A DNA stretch of 64,000 nucleotides from Spirochaetia bacterium (lineage in GTDB: Bacteria > Spirochaetota > Spirochaetia > SZUA-6 > Bin103): contig OZ241863.1 in NCBI GenBank assembly GCA_965203055.1, forward strand, positions 2,528,001 through 2,592,000, in the 5' to 3' direction. Below, in pieces: positions 19,349 to 29,554 of this stretch (position 1 is its first letter; each line of letters starts with the position of its first letter). The notes below the pieces were generated by a model, which made no database searches, was not told the DNA's origin, and saw nothing but the letters and a program-made list of their open reading frames with translations. A program made the translations under genes and the position numbers.

Positions 19349-20476
19349 TTAGCCGCGCTCCGCGCCGCGCGCGGCCGGGTGCCGGACGCTGGCGCCGCCG
19401 GCGGCGGCGACGGCGGCCACGATGGCGGCGATGCGGCGCGCGGCGTCGCCGGTGGCGAGCCGGGCCATGTTGCCGGCCATGCGCCGGCGGCGGGCGGCGT
19501 CGCCGCGCAGTTCATGCAGGGTTGCCAGCAGCGCCGCAGGATCGGCCTGCTCCTCAGCCAGGACCAGCGCCGCGCCGCGCGCCGCGAACAGCTCCGCATT
19601 GGCCATCTGCTCGCCGCGGCTCTGGGTACGCGGCAACGGGATCAGCACCGCCGGCGTGGCGGTGGCGGCCAGCTCGCCCAGGGTATTGGCGCCGGCGCGG
19701 CTCACCACCAGGTCGGCTGCCGCCAGCAGGTCGGCGAACCCCTCGTTGACGAACGGCAGCGCGCGGTAGCGGCCGGCCAAGGCCCCGGGCGGTGCCGGGC
19801 GGCGCCACGCCGCGCCGGTCTGATGCACGACGAACCAGTGCCGGGTCAACTCCGGCAGCGCCCGGTGCACCAGCTCGTTGAGCGCCCGGGCGCCGCTGCT
19901 GCCCCCGGTAACCAACAGCAACGGCAGCGCGGGCGGCGCGCCCAGCGCGGCGCGGCCGCGCGCCGCGTCACCCTGCTCCAGGCCGGCGCGCAGCGGGTTG
20001 CCGGTCACCTGCACGCGCCGGCGCAGCCGGGACGGCAACCGGCCGCGGGTAGCGGCAAACGCCACCAGCACGGTGCGCGCCATACTGGCATTGATGCGGG
20101 TGGCCAGCGCCGGGGTGGTGTCCGACTCATGGGTAATGACGGGAATGCCCAGCAGCCGCGCCGCGACTACCGGCGGCACGCTCACGTAGCTGCCCTTGGC
20201 GAACACCACCCGCGGGCGCAGGCGGGCAAGGAGCAGCAGGGCGTGCAGGCAGCCGGCCAGCACCGCGGCGACGTCGGTGAAGTTGCGCAGTGAGTAGTAG
20301 CGGCGCAGCTTCCCGGCCGGGATGGCGTGGAAGGGCACCTGCGCAGCGCGCACCAGAGTCCGTTCGGCCGGGCGGCGCGACCCGATCCAGGCGGCGCGCC
20401 AGCCGCGCGTCCGCAGCTCGCGGATCACCGCCAGGCCGGGAATGATGTGGCCGGCGGTGCCGCCGCCGGTGAACAC
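19349..20476 (-). CDS. murG: UDP-GlcNAc:lipid I GlcNAc transferase
   Basis: FTGGGTAGHIIPG, GKLRRY, HESD, TGNP, GGSSGA, SRAGANT. Start approximate. Confidence 0.93.
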   Translation of the reverse strand: MFTGGGTAGHIIPGLAVIRELRTRGWRAAWIGSRRPAERTLVRAAQVPFHAIPAGKLRRYYSLRNFTDVAAVLAGCLHALLLLARLRPRVVFAKGSYVSVPPVVAARLLGIPVITHESDTTPALATRINASMARTVLVAFAATRGRLPSRLRRRVQVTGNPLRAGLEQGDAARGRAALGAPPALPLLLVTGGSSGARALNELVHRALPELTRHWFVVHQTGAAWRRPAPPGALAGRYRALPFVNEGFADLLAAADLVVSRAGANTLGELAATATPAVLIPLPRTQSRGEQMANAELFAARGAALVLAEEQADPAALLATLHELRGDAARRRRMAGNMARLATGDAARRIAAIVAAVAAAGGASVRHPAARGAERG

Positions 20477-20542
20477 CGCCAGCGGCGCCTTGGCGCCCCG
20501 GGGAGCTTGCCGGCGCGCCGCGGAGTTTATAGGGTGGCGGGG

Positions 20543-21379
20543 ATGCGACCTCACCCGCAGGCCGCCGGCGCGCGCGTCAGGTCGGTCAGGCCGCGCCGCT
20601 GGCTGGCCGTGCTGCTGGCCGCCGGCAGCGCGGCGAGCGTTGCCGGCGCGTGCCCGGCGGAGCTGTCCCAACTGGTGCCCGACGCCGCGGCCCGCGCCCG
20701 CCTGCGCGAGGAGGGAATCCGACTCCCCCTCGGGCGCGGCGCGACACCGGTCCTGACGCCGGAACTGCCGAATCGGGAGGCGATCGCGGCCGCGGTCGCC
20801 GCCATCGACGTGACGTACGGGACCGAGGTACTGCGCCTGCTGCGCGGCCGCGGCGCGTTCTGCGACTGGACTGCGCTGTACAACGAGCTGCGCGCCGTGA
20901 GCACCCTGCAGGGCATTGAATACTTTTCCGCCAGTCGCGGTCACTATCGTACGCTCTACCGGAGGTCTCATGTCATTGTCGGCCCCGACGACCGTACCCC
21001 ACAGCCCGATCCGGTGGCGAGCAGCGTACCGCGGCGCTCGGCGCTGTTCATGGAGCAGGAAGATTCCTCCTTCGGCAGCAACGTATACCAGGCCGACTAC
21101 CGGTTCGACGGGGTGAGCATTGCCATGCTGACCCGCAATCTTACCTTCATGTGGTGGAGCATTCTGCCGCTGGTGGCCGAAGGCGACTTTCGCAGCGTGG
21201 TGGTGGTCACTCCCACCGACCGGGGCCTGCTGTTCTACGCCGCGGCGGCGATCCACGCCGCGGACCTCGACTTCGTCCGCGAGCGGGCGCAGGCCTCGCT
21301 CAGCAACCGACTCGACGCCCTCGAACGCTGGCTGCGGGGGCGGTTGGGGCATATTCGCCGCTTGCCCTCGGAGAGCTGA
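20543..21379 (+). CDS. Exported hypothetical protein resembling the spirochaete DUF6675 family
   Basis: Signal-like N-terminus, and LRAVSTLQGIEYFSASR and QEDSSFG motifs recalled from spirochaete proteins. Confidence 0.55.
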   Translation: MRPHPQAAGARVRSVRPRRWLAVLLAAGSAASVAGACPAELSQLVPDAAARARLREEGIRLPLGRGATPVLTPELPNREAIAAAVAAIDVTYGTEVLRLLRGRGAFCDWTALYNELRAVSTLQGIEYFSASRGHYRTLYRRSHVIVGPDDRTPQPDPVASSVPRRSALFMEQEDSSFGSNVYQADYRFDGVSIAMLTRNLTFMWWSILPLVAEGDFRSVVVVTPTDRGLLFYAAAAIHAADLDFVRERAQASLSNRLDALERWLRGRLGHIRRLPSES

Positions 21380-21480
21380 CCTCGAACGCCGGCTGCGGGC
21401 GGCTGGCTGCCCGCTACTGAACCAGGGCGGCGCGGCCCGCCGGACTCCCGGCCCGCCGCTGCCGGTCGCCGCGAGCGCGG

Positions 21481-23115
21481 TCAGGAGGCCGGGCCGACCG
21501 CTCGCAGGACGATCAGCAGCACGCCGATCGCCGCGCCGAGGACCGCGCCGAACAGCTTGATCCACTTCAGGTGGCGGTCCATCACGCTCAGCAGGAGTCG
21601 TTCCACGTGGCGGACGTCGAGCTTGTCGATCTTGGCGACCACCAGCGCCTGGACGTCGATGGTTGCCATCATCGCCGGGAGCCGCTCGCCGAGGAACCCG
21701 ATCGCCCAGCGGGTCAGGACGCCGTCGAGCTGCCCGCCGGTGCCCGCCGGCAACGCCAGCACCTCGGCCACCGTGGGCGAGCCGGACGCGGCGGCAGGCG
21801 TCTCCGGGTCGCCGCCGGCCAGCGCCGGAATCAGCTCGGCCACCTGATCGGCAGTCTCCGGACGGGCCAGGTAGCCGAGCAGGTGGTCGGCCAGCAGATC
21901 GGCGACCGCGGCGGGCTGGAGGCCAAGATAGCGCCCGGCCAGTTCCGCCGCGGTGGCGCCGCGCTGCTCAAGATACCAGCGCCGGCCAGCCTCCACGAGC
22001 GGTGCGGCGGCAGCGTCGGGCGCGCCGCGCCCGGCGACGGCATCGAACACGCGCCCGACCAGATGGTCCACCAGCTCGTCGATCTGCGCGGCCGAGTCGG
22101 CCGTCAGGCTGCCCAGACTCCCGGCGCTCCACCGCGCCAGGGCGCGCCGCGCGCCGGCGCAGATCTGCTCGCGCACCCGGTCACCGGCGGTTGCCGCCTC
22201 GGCCTGATCGATGACGTCGGTCACGATCTCCGGCATCCGCTCGTTCAGGCTGCGGTCGTACTGGCCGGCAGTAACGAACACCTTCTGCACCAGGTTCAGC
22301 TTGTCCAGGATGTCGCGCAGGATGACGCGGCCGTAGACCTCCAGCTCGCGCCGCACCTGGGGGCCGCGCAGCCAGGTGAACAGCACGTCGAGCAGCGCCG
22401 GCAGGTTGCGCCGGAACAGGCCCAGCAGCAGCTCGGTGGTCTGCGGGGTCAGGAAGCGCTCCAGCGGCGCGTTGGCGGCGCGCTGGCGGCGCAGCCATCC
22501 CTTGACCAGGTCGGCGGCCTGCGCGCGCAGCTCGCTCCGGGTCAGGGCCGGCACCAGACTGCCGGCCAGCAGCGCGGTGAACTGCTCCACGCCGACCAGA
22601 TCGGTCAGGCGCCGCGTTCCGAACTCGTCCACCAGCCGCCGCACCAGGCCGCGCACCCCGTAGAGGAATGCCCGCGAGCCGACGAGGCGCCGCAGCAGCC
22701 GCTGCGCCAGGTGGCGCAGCAGCTCCGGCCACGCGATTTCACCGCCCGCCGCGTCCGCCGAGCCGCGCAACGCGCCGCGGAGGCGCGCGGTCAACTCGGC
22801 GAGCGGGCGCCGCAGCAGGTCTTCCCGCAGACTGCGGAACTGGCCCTCCAGGGCCGCGCGGAAGGTCTCGGTCCGCAGGCGGTCGCGCACCGCTTCCGGC
22901 GACAGCAGGTCGCGCGCCACCATGCGCGCGATGCTGCGCGCCAGTTCAGCGCGCCGCCGCGGGATGATACCCGGCGTCAGCGGTACCGGAATGCCCAGCA
23001 GATACTTCCTGGTGAGGGGCCGGAACAGCATCCTGACCGCCAGGGCGTTGGTAAAGTAGCCGATCAGGGCGCCCCACAAGATGGGGACGCCCCAGTCCAG
23101 GAAGAGGGTCAGCAC
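21481..23115 (-). CDS. DUF445 family protein
   Basis: IGYFTNALAVRMLFRP, TPGIIPRRR and C-terminal HLKWIKLFGAVLG. Confidence 0.88.
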   Translation of the reverse strand: MLTLFLDWGVPILWGALIGYFTNALAVRMLFRPLTRKYLLGIPVPLTPGIIPRRRAELARSIARMVARDLLSPEAVRDRLRTETFRAALEGQFRSLREDLLRRPLAELTARLRGALRGSADAAGGEIAWPELLRHLAQRLLRRLVGSRAFLYGVRGLVRRLVDEFGTRRLTDLVGVEQFTALLAGSLVPALTRSELRAQAADLVKGWLRRQRAANAPLERFLTPQTTELLLGLFRRNLPALLDVLFTWLRGPQVRRELEVYGRVILRDILDKLNLVQKVFVTAGQYDRSLNERMPEIVTDVIDQAEAATAGDRVREQICAGARRALARWSAGSLGSLTADSAAQIDELVDHLVGRVFDAVAGRGAPDAAAAPLVEAGRRWYLEQRGATAAELAGRYLGLQPAAVADLLADHLLGYLARPETADQVAELIPALAGGDPETPAAASGSPTVAEVLALPAGTGGQLDGVLTRWAIGFLGERLPAMMATIDVQALVVAKIDKLDVRHVERLLLSVMDRHLKWIKLFGAVLGAAIGVLLIVLRAVGPAS

Positions 23116-23202
23116 CGTTGCCGGAGGGCCGGCGGCCGAACCGGCCGCGGCCTGCGGCGGCGGCTCCCGGCGGAGTACCGTGTCATCGCGGCTGCCGGGC
23201 GC

Positions 23203-23628
23203 TCAGTCGCCGCCGCGGGCCGCTCGTACCCGCGCGCTCACTTCGCCGGCCGCGGCGCCCGGCTCCGCCAACTCGAGATGCGAACCGAACGCCCAGCCGC
23301 GCACGCCCTGGTAGGAGACCTCGAGCCAATACCCCGGAGTGCCGTCGATCCGTTCCTGCTGCTCGCCGCGGCCCACCACCTCCACCACTTCGCCGCGGCG
23401 CAGATAGGAGAGCACCTCCGCCCGCACCGAGGGCTGCGCGCGCACGCGCAGCGAGTCGGCGGTGACGACGCCGCGCACTTCGTTGGTTTCGACTACCGAG
23501 GTAGCCGGCAGCACCAGGTGCGCGGCGGACTCGCGCTGCTGGCAGCCGAGCGCGGCCGCGGCCAGCAGCAGCGCCGCCGCGGCGGCGGCCGGCGGGCGGC
23601 GCCGGCGCGGGAACGGTTCAGCCCCCAC
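23203..23628 (-). CDS. Bacterial SH3-domain lipoprotein
   Basis: Lipobox-like [12 protein letters not shown]...LRRGEVVEV...WLEVSY..GWAFG. Confidence 0.8.
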   Translation of the reverse strand: MGAEPFPRRRRPPAAAAAALLLAAAALGCQQRESAAHLVLPATSVVETNEVRGVVTADSLRVRAQPSVRAEVLSYLRRGEVVEVVGRGEQQERIDGTPGYWLEVSYQGVRGWAFGSHLELAEPGAAAGEVSARVRAARGGD

Positions 23629-25723
23629 GACCGCCGCGGCCACCGCGGACGGCGCCGCCTGTGCCGCCGGCACGGCCGGTGCCGCCGGCACGGCCTGCCG
23701 GGGCGGGCGCCGGCGCTGCCGCGGGAGCCGCTGCCGGCGCGTCGAGGTCGCGCAGCTTGTTGATCTCGTCGCGGACCACCGCCGCCCGCTCGTACTCCAG
23801 GTCCTTGGCCAGCTCCAGCATCTCCTTTTCCAGCGCCCGAATGAGCGCGCGGCGCTCCTTCGGCACCAGTATGTTGTAGCGCTGCTTCACCACCTCCAGG
23901 TCCTGCTGCTCCGCGGACCGCTTCTCGTCCGCCTTGCGGACCAGCAGATCCTGCACCGCCTTGGTAATGGTGGTAGGGGTGATGCCGTGCTCGGAATTGT
24001 AGGCGAGCTGCAGGGCGCGGCGGCGGCTGGTCTCGGCGATCGCCTCGCGCATCGACTCCGACTCGCGGTCGGCGTACATGATCACCCGTCCGTTCACGTT
24101 GCGCGCGGCGCGGCCGATGATCTGGATCAACGAGGTGGTGGAGCGCAGGAAGCCGATCTTGTCGGCGTCGAGGATGGCAATCAGCGACACTTCCGGCAGA
24201 TCCAGACCCTCCCGGAGCAGGTTGACGCCGACCAGCACGTCGAACTCCCCGGCCCGCAGATCGCGCAGGATCTCGACCCGTTCGAAGGTATCCACCTCCG
24301 AATGGAGGAAGCGGCAGCGCACCCCGATGTCGGCCAGGTAGTCGGTGAGGTCTTCCGCCATGCGCTTGGTCAGGGTGGTGACCAGGGTGCGTTCGCCGCG
24401 CGCCGTGCGCTGCCTGATCTGGCGGTAAAGATCCTCGATCTGACCCGCGGAGTGGCGCACCTCGATCTCCGGATCCAGCAGCCCGGTGGGCCGGATCACC
24501 TGCTCGACCACCTGTGCCGAAGTACGCAGTTCCTCGGCGGCGGGGGTGGCGGACACGAACACGACCCGCTCCATCATCCCCTCGAACTCGCCATAGGTGA
24601 GAGGGCGGTTGTCGAGCGCCGAGGGCAGGCGGAACCCATGCTCGACCAGCGCTTCCTTGCGCGAGCGGTCGCCCTCGTACATGGCGCCGACCTGGGGCAC
24701 GGTGACGTGCGACTCGTCGATGAACACCAGGAAGTCCTGCGGGAAGAAGTCGAGCAGGACCGCCGGGCGTTCGCCTTCCTGGCGCCCGGTCAGATGGCGG
24801 GAGTAGTTTTCGATGCCGCTGCAGTAGCCGATCTCGACCAGCATTTCGAGGTCATACTCGCAGCGCGTCAGCAGCCGCTGAGCCTCCACCAGCTTGCCCT
24901 CCTGCAGGAGTTGCGCGTGGCGTACCGCCAACTCCTCGCGGATCGACTCCACCGCCCGCTCCAGGCGTTCCTCCGGCGTGACGAAGTGCTTGGCCGGATA
25001 GACGGCGGCGAACTCCAACTCCGCCAGGGTAGTGCCGGTGAGCGGGTCGATCCGGCGCAACCGTTCGATCTCGTCGCCGAAGAACTCGATGCGCAGCGCT
25101 TCCTTGGCGTGCGGCGGCAACACTTCGATCACCTCGCCGCGGCTGCGGAAGCCGGCGCGCTGCAGCATGGCGTCGTTGCGCGCGTACTGCAACGCCACCA
25201 GGCGGCGCATCAGCCGGCGCGGATCAATCTCCGTCCCCAGCTCCAGCTCGACCCGCATGTCGCGGTAGTCGTCGGGGCTCCCCAGGCCGTAGATGCACGA
25301 CACGGTGGCCACCACCACCACGTCGCGCCGCTCCATCAGCGCCGTGGTCGCGCCCAGCCGCAGGCGCTCGATCTCGTCGTTGATGGAGGCGTCCTTCTCG
25401 ATGTAGAGATCGCGGCTGGCGACGTACGCCTCCGGCTGGTAGTAGTCGTAGTAGGAGACGAAGTACTCCACTGCGTTGTGGGGCAGGAAGTCCTTGAACT
25501 CGCGGTAGAGCTGGGCCGCCAGCGTCTTGTTGTGGGAGATGACGAGCGTGGGGACCTGGGCGCCCTCGATGATCTTCGCCATGGAGAACGTCTTGCCCGA
25601 CCCGGTGACCCCTTTGAGAGTCTGATAGCGGTGGCCGTGCTCGAGACCGCGGCACAGCGAGGCGATCGCCGGCCCCTGATCGCCGGCCGGCGCGTAGTTC
25701 GAAACCACGTCGAACGTTGGCAT
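23618..25723 (-). CDS. uvrB: Excinuclease ABC subunit B
   Basis: [32 protein letters not shown] and a C-terminal UVR domain. Confidence 0.97.
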   Translation of the reverse strand: MPTFDVVSNYAPAGDQGPAIASLCRGLEHGHRYQTLKGVTGSGKTFSMAKIIEGAQVPTLVISHNKTLAAQLYREFKDFLPHNAVEYFVSYYDYYQPEAYVASRDLYIEKDASINDEIERLRLGATTALMERRDVVVVATVSCIYGLGSPDDYRDMRVELELGTEIDPRRLMRRLVALQYARNDAMLQRAGFRSRGEVIEVLPPHAKEALRIEFFGDEIERLRRIDPLTGTTLAELEFAAVYPAKHFVTPEERLERAVESIREELAVRHAQLLQEGKLVEAQRLLTRCEYDLEMLVEIGYCSGIENYSRHLTGRQEGERPAVLLDFFPQDFLVFIDESHVTVPQVGAMYEGDRSRKEALVEHGFRLPSALDNRPLTYGEFEGMMERVVFVSATPAAEELRTSAQVVEQVIRPTGLLDPEIEVRHSAGQIEDLYRQIRQRTARGERTLVTTLTKRMAEDLTDYLADIGVRCRFLHSEVDTFERVEILRDLRAGEFDVLVGVNLLREGLDLPEVSLIAILDADKIGFLRSTTSLIQIIGRAARNVNGRVIMYADRESESMREAIAETSRRRALQLAYNSEHGITPTTITKAVQDLLVRKADEKRSAEQQDLEVVKQRYNILVPKERRALIRALEKEMLELAKDLEYERAAVVRDEINKLRDLDAPAAAPAAAPAPAPAGRAGGTGRAGGTGGAVRGGRGGRGG

Positions 25724-25972
25724 CTGCCGCGTCAGGCGTTTGTCGGGTGATCTTGAATCCGCCGCCGGCGCCGGCTCGGCGCCGGCGCGGTGCGGCGGGG
25801 CGCGCGGCGCCGGAACCCTGCCGGCGCCCGCGCTCCCGGTCTGTCTTCCTCCAACGCGCAGTTCCGTCGCATCCGCCGCAAGTATACCAGTTTGGCCGCG
25901 GCTGCGGCTCGCTCCCGCGGTGCGGTTCGTGCGGTTACAGGGCCTGCCTTCAGCCCGCGCCGCCGAAGCGGG

Positions 25973-27532
25973 CTAATCGTAGTGCCAGTAGATGTCCACG
26001 TCGCCGTAACGCCGGTACTGGAGCGCCTCGTGCACGTGGGCGGTGGCGATCTGCTCACAGCCGTCCAGGTCGGCGACCGTGCGCGCCAACTTGATCACCG
26101 CGTGCAGCGCGCGCGAGGAGAGCCGGGCGTGGCGCATGCCGCGGCCGAGCTGGCCGAGCTGCGTTTCGCCAAGGCGGCAGAACCGCTCCACGTCACCCGG
26201 CGGCACGCGCGCGTTCAGGCTCCAGCCGCAGTCGCGGTAGCGGCGCCGCTGCCGCGCGCGGGCCTCGTGCACCGCTTGCAGGTAGTCCTCGGGGCGCTCC
26301 ACGCCGGGATCGAGCAGCTCGGCCGGCGGCGTGTCGTTCACCGGCACGCGAATGTCGATGCGGTCCAGGAGCGCGCCGCCGAGGCGCTTCCAGTAGTGCT
26401 TGACTTCCGCGGTGGAGCAGATGCAGGCGGCGTGGCGCCGGCCCAGATTGCCGCACGGGCACGGGTTGGCGGTCATCAGGAGTTGGAAGTCGGCCGGAAA
26501 GCAGGCGCTGCGGCCCGCCCGGGCCACGTGCACCCGGCCGGTCTCCAACGGCTCGCGCAGGCTCTGCAGCACCGGCCGCGCGAACTCGGGCGCTTCGTCG
26601 AGCAGCAGCACTCCGGTGTGCGCCAGCGACACCTCGCCGGGACGCAGGATGGCGCCGCCGCCCACCACTCCTTCCGCGGACGCGCTATGGTGCGGCGTGC
26701 GGAACGGCGGCCAGCGCAGCAGCCCCTGGTCCGGCGGCAGGCAGCCGGCCACGGAGTGGATGCGGGTGACCGCCAGCGCCCCCGGCCCCGGCAACGCCGG
26801 CAGCAGGCCGACGACGCGCCGCGCCGCCATCGTCTTGCCGCTGCCGGGAGGGCCGAACAGCAGCGCGTGATGGCCCCCGGCAGCCGCCACCGCCAGCGCG
26901 CGCTTCAGCACGCTCTGCCCGCGGATGTCGGTGATCTCGCCCAGGTCGCGGCGCCACGGCGACGGCCCGGAGGCCGCCTCCACGACCGGAGCGCCGCCGC
27001 GGCCGCCGTTCGGGGAGCCGGCGCGCACCTGCGCCAGCGCGGCGACCGCCTCGGTGAGGCTCGTCACGCCCATCACGGTGCCTGCGCCCAGGGCTTGGGC
27101 TTCGCGGCGATTTGCGGCGGGTACCAGAAACCAGGAGTGGCCGGCGTTGGCGCCGGCCGACACCGCGGTCAGGATGCCGCTCACCGGGTGCACGGCGCCG
27201 GCCAGGTTGAGCTCGCCGCAGGCCAGCACCGGAACCTCCGGCGCCGCCACCTGGCCGGAAACCACCAGGACGGCGAGCGCAAGCGGCAGATCGTAGGCCG
27301 CTCCCACCTTGCGTACGCCGGCCGGCGACAGGTTGATCAACACCCGGTCGCGCGGGAACTGGAACCCGCTGTTGCGAATCGCGACCCGCACTCGCTCGCG
27401 CGACTCGCGCACCGCGTCGTCCGGCAGGCCCACGATGTCGACGCCGGGAATGCCGCGCCGCAGGTCCACTTCCACGGCTACCAGATCGCCGTCCACCCCG
27501 AACGGCGCATGGCCAAATACCTGAGAATTCAT
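25973..27532 (-). CDS. comM: YifB/ComM family Mg-chelatase-like AAA+ ATPase
   Basis: VGLPDDAVRESRERV, INLSPA, GPPGSGKT, PGEVSLAH, NPCPCG, LLDRID. Confidence 0.93.
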   Translation of the reverse strand: MNSQVFGHAPFGVDGDLVAVEVDLRRGIPGVDIVGLPDDAVRESRERVRVAIRNSGFQFPRDRVLINLSPAGVRKVGAAYDLPLALAVLVVSGQVAAPEVPVLACGELNLAGAVHPVSGILTAVSAGANAGHSWFLVPAANRREAQALGAGTVMGVTSLTEAVAALAQVRAGSPNGGRGGAPVVEAASGPSPWRRDLGEITDIRGQSVLKRALAVAAAGGHHALLFGPPGSGKTMAARRVVGLLPALPGPGALAVTRIHSVAGCLPPDQGLLRWPPFRTPHHSASAEGVVGGGAILRPGEVSLAHTGVLLLDEAPEFARPVLQSLREPLETGRVHVARAGRSACFPADFQLLMTANPCPCGNLGRRHAACICSTAEVKHYWKRLGGALLDRIDIRVPVNDTPPAELLDPGVERPEDYLQAVHEARARQRRRYRDCGWSLNARVPPGDVERFCRLGETQLGQLGRGMRHARLSSRALHAVIKLARTVADLDGCEQIATAHVHEALQYRRYGDVDIYWHYD

Positions 27533-27696
27533 CTTGCCTCCGACCAGAACAACGGGCCGCCCTCGCCGGCGCTTTGCATTGATGGGACCGGGCCGCCCGA
27601 AACCGGGTAGGGCACGCCCCGGCCGGGCGGCGCACGGCCGGCGGCGCACGGCCCGGCCGCGGCCGGCGCAAGACGCCGGCCGGCCACGTTGAAGGG

Positions 27697-28212
27697 CTAC
27701 CGCGGCGCGGCGCGGCGGGCGGCGGCGATGGCGGCCTGGACCAGCGTGTGACAGCGCTCGTTGCGCGGGTCGCCGGCGTGACCGCGCACCCAGCGAAACT
27801 GCGCGCCGGTGGCTTGCGCCAGATCGTCCAGCCGGCGCCACAGCTCGGCGTTCTTGACCGGCTGCCGGGACGCGGTGCGCCACCCGTTGGCCCGCCAGCG
27901 GCGAATCCAGGAGACGATGCCCTGCTGCACGTAGGTCGAATCGGTCACCACCACTACCTCGGCGGCAGGGTGCTCCGGCAGGCCGCGGACCGCCAGCAGC
28001 GCCTGGATTACCGCGGCCAGCTCCATCCGATTGTTGGTGGTACGGGGGGCGGCCCCGGATCCTTCGACCGGAGGCCGCGCCGCGCCCCCATCCGCGGCGG
28101 GCGCGCGCACCGTCAGATGGTAGGCCCAGCCGCCCGGTCCGGGATTGCCACTGCAGCCGCCGTCGGTAAAGGCTTCGATCAGCACCCGATCAGTAGAGTT
28201 GGAATTGTTCAT
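27697..28212 (-). CDS. rnhA: Ribonuclease HI
   Basis: FTDGGCSGNPGPGG, TTNNRMEL, TDSTYV, VKNAELW, WVRGHAG..NE. Confidence 0.95.
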   Translation of the reverse strand: MNNSNSTDRVLIEAFTDGGCSGNPGPGGWAYHLTVRAPAADGGAARPPVEGSGAAPRTTNNRMELAAVIQALLAVRGLPEHPAAEVVVVTDSTYVQQGIVSWIRRWRANGWRTASRQPVKNAELWRRLDDLAQATGAQFRWVRGHAGDPRNERCHTLVQAAIAAARRAAPR

Positions 28213-28279
28213 ATGATTGTCACGCTGTACGCGGGCCGCAAGGCCGGCGCCGAACGACCGGTCGGGTGGCTGAACTGAG

Positions 28280-28540
28280 TCAGCGCTCCCGATCCGAGGC
28301 GTGGGTCTGTCGGCGGAGCAACTCGAACTCCTCCTGGTCGATGCCGGTAGCCTGCTTGATGATCGGCCACCCGACGCCGGCGCGCAGAAAACCCTCGATC
28401 GTGGCCACTTGGCCTTCCTGACGGCCTTCCTGACGACCCTCCTGACGACCCTCCTGATGGCCCTCCTGACGACCCTCCTGCCGGCCTTTCAGCACGCCCT
28501 CCTGACGGCCTTCCCGGATCAGCTCCTCTGCATACGTCAT
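28280..28540 (-). CDS. Putative intragenic small protein (RpnS-like antitoxin), in frame within rpn
   Basis: AGGAGG at 28548-28553 upstream of tandem ATG ATG (28543/28540), giving MTYAEELIREG..., about 86 aa. Confidence 0.6.
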   Translation of the reverse strand: MTYAEELIREGRQEGVLKGRQEGRQEGHQEGRQEGRQEGRQEGQVATIEGFLRAGVGWPIIKQATGIDQEEFELLRRQTHASDRER

Positions 28541-29311
28541 CATGTCCCCTCCTGGTCCTGGCACTTCCCGCCGCAGCGCCGCGAAGAACTCCCGCAACGT
28601 CTCCTTATCCTGGGTGTGGAGCACGTAAAACACCACCGCCCGGAACCGTTCGCCCTGTCCCGCCCGGTCCAACTCTCTCATGAGCTGCACCGCCATCTCC
28701 AACGCCGCCCTCACCTCGTGGCGCGCCGCCGCCATCAGCGCAAGCTGCGCTACCCGGCCCAACGTTTCGCCCTGCACCGCCCCCACGCCCGTCTGCGACT
28801 GGTCCACCAGCAGGTGCTTGAACTGCGGCGTCCAGGGCCACCTCCTGACCGGTTCCGCAAACAACTCGCTGAACTCGGTCGCATGGCGCCAGCGCGACTC
28901 ACCCTGATAGAACACCAGCGGCACGATCGGCGGCAAGTCCGGCGTCTCCTCCGCCTCGGCAGGGCGCAAGAAATCATCCCAGATGCGGCAGCAGTACTTC
29001 AGCAGCCGGAAGCGCATCAACCGGTCCGGCCTCGATTGGTGCTCGAACAGCAGATAGAGCCGCAGCGAACGCCGCGCCTCTCCCGGCTCGGCGGCATCCG
29101 GGCGCTGCTCAACCGCGTACAGCAGGTCGGACTCGCTGGCCTGCAGTTCGTCGTCCACGTAGCTGTCGGGCATCAACGTCAAGCTGGACCAGTCCAGCGT
29201 ATCGCCGAGCCACCCCGGCACACAGGCGCGCATCAAGCCGGCCGCTTCGGCAGGCTCGGAGAACACCTTGCGAAACAGACGGTCATGCGGCTGGTACAGG
29301 TCGCGCGGCAT
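28280..29311 (-). CDS. Rpn/YhgA-family recombination-promoting nuclease (Transposase_31, PD-(D/E)XK)
   Basis: HDRLFRKVFS, SYVDDEL..SESDLLY, LLFEHQS, LPPIVPLVFYQG and C-terminal EGRQ repeats. Start may be 29335. Confidence 0.92.
   Translation of the reverse strand: MPRDLYQPHDRLFRKVFSEPAEAAGLMRACVPGWLGDTLDWSSLTLMPDSYVDDELQASESDLLYAVEQRPDAAEPGEARRSLRLYLLFEHQSRPDRLMRFRLLKYCCRIWDDFLRPAEAEETPDLPPIVPLVFYQGESRWRHATEFSELFAEPVRRWPWTPQFKHLLVDQSQTGVGAVQGETLGRVAQLALMAAARHEVRAALEMAVQLMRELDRAGQGERFRAVVFYVLHTQDKETLREFFAALRREVPGPGGDMMTYAEELIREGRQEGVLKGRQEGRQEGHQEGRQEGRQEGRQEGQVATIEGFLRAGVGWPIIKQATGIDQEEFELLRRQTHASDRER
28412..28520 (-). repeat. 12-bp imperfect tandem repeats encoding (EGRQ)n in the Rpn C-terminus
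   Basis: Repeated gccttcctgacg / accctcctgacg units, about 9 copies. Confidence 0.85.
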
Positions 29312-29486
29312 GCGTGGTGCCGCCAAGCATAGCATGATTGAGCGGCATCGAATTACCCGGAGTGTCGGTCGTCAGCAGCCCGCGCCGTCGCTGACGGAGC
29401 CGACCGCCGCCGCTTCCGGTGTTTGCCCCCTCCCGTCCGGGCGTATTTCCAAAATTGTAGTAGGTAAGCGTCGGGCCGCTTGGCGG

Positions 29487-29527
29487 CCAGTCCCAGTCCC
29501 AGTCCCAGTCCCAGTCCCAGTCCCAGT
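29487..29527. repeat. Hexanucleotide simple sequence repeat (CCCAGT)6 plus a partial unit
   Basis: CCAGT followed by six perfect CCCAGT units. Intergenic between the HNH 3' end and the rpn upstream region. Confidence 0.97.
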
Positions 29528-29554
29528 GTAAGATGACGTTCTCGGCGATCTTGA

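Noticed and set aside
25730..25970. SOS/LexA box upstream of uvrB
   Set aside because: No convincing CTGT-N8-ACAG or GAAC-N4-GTTC site found.
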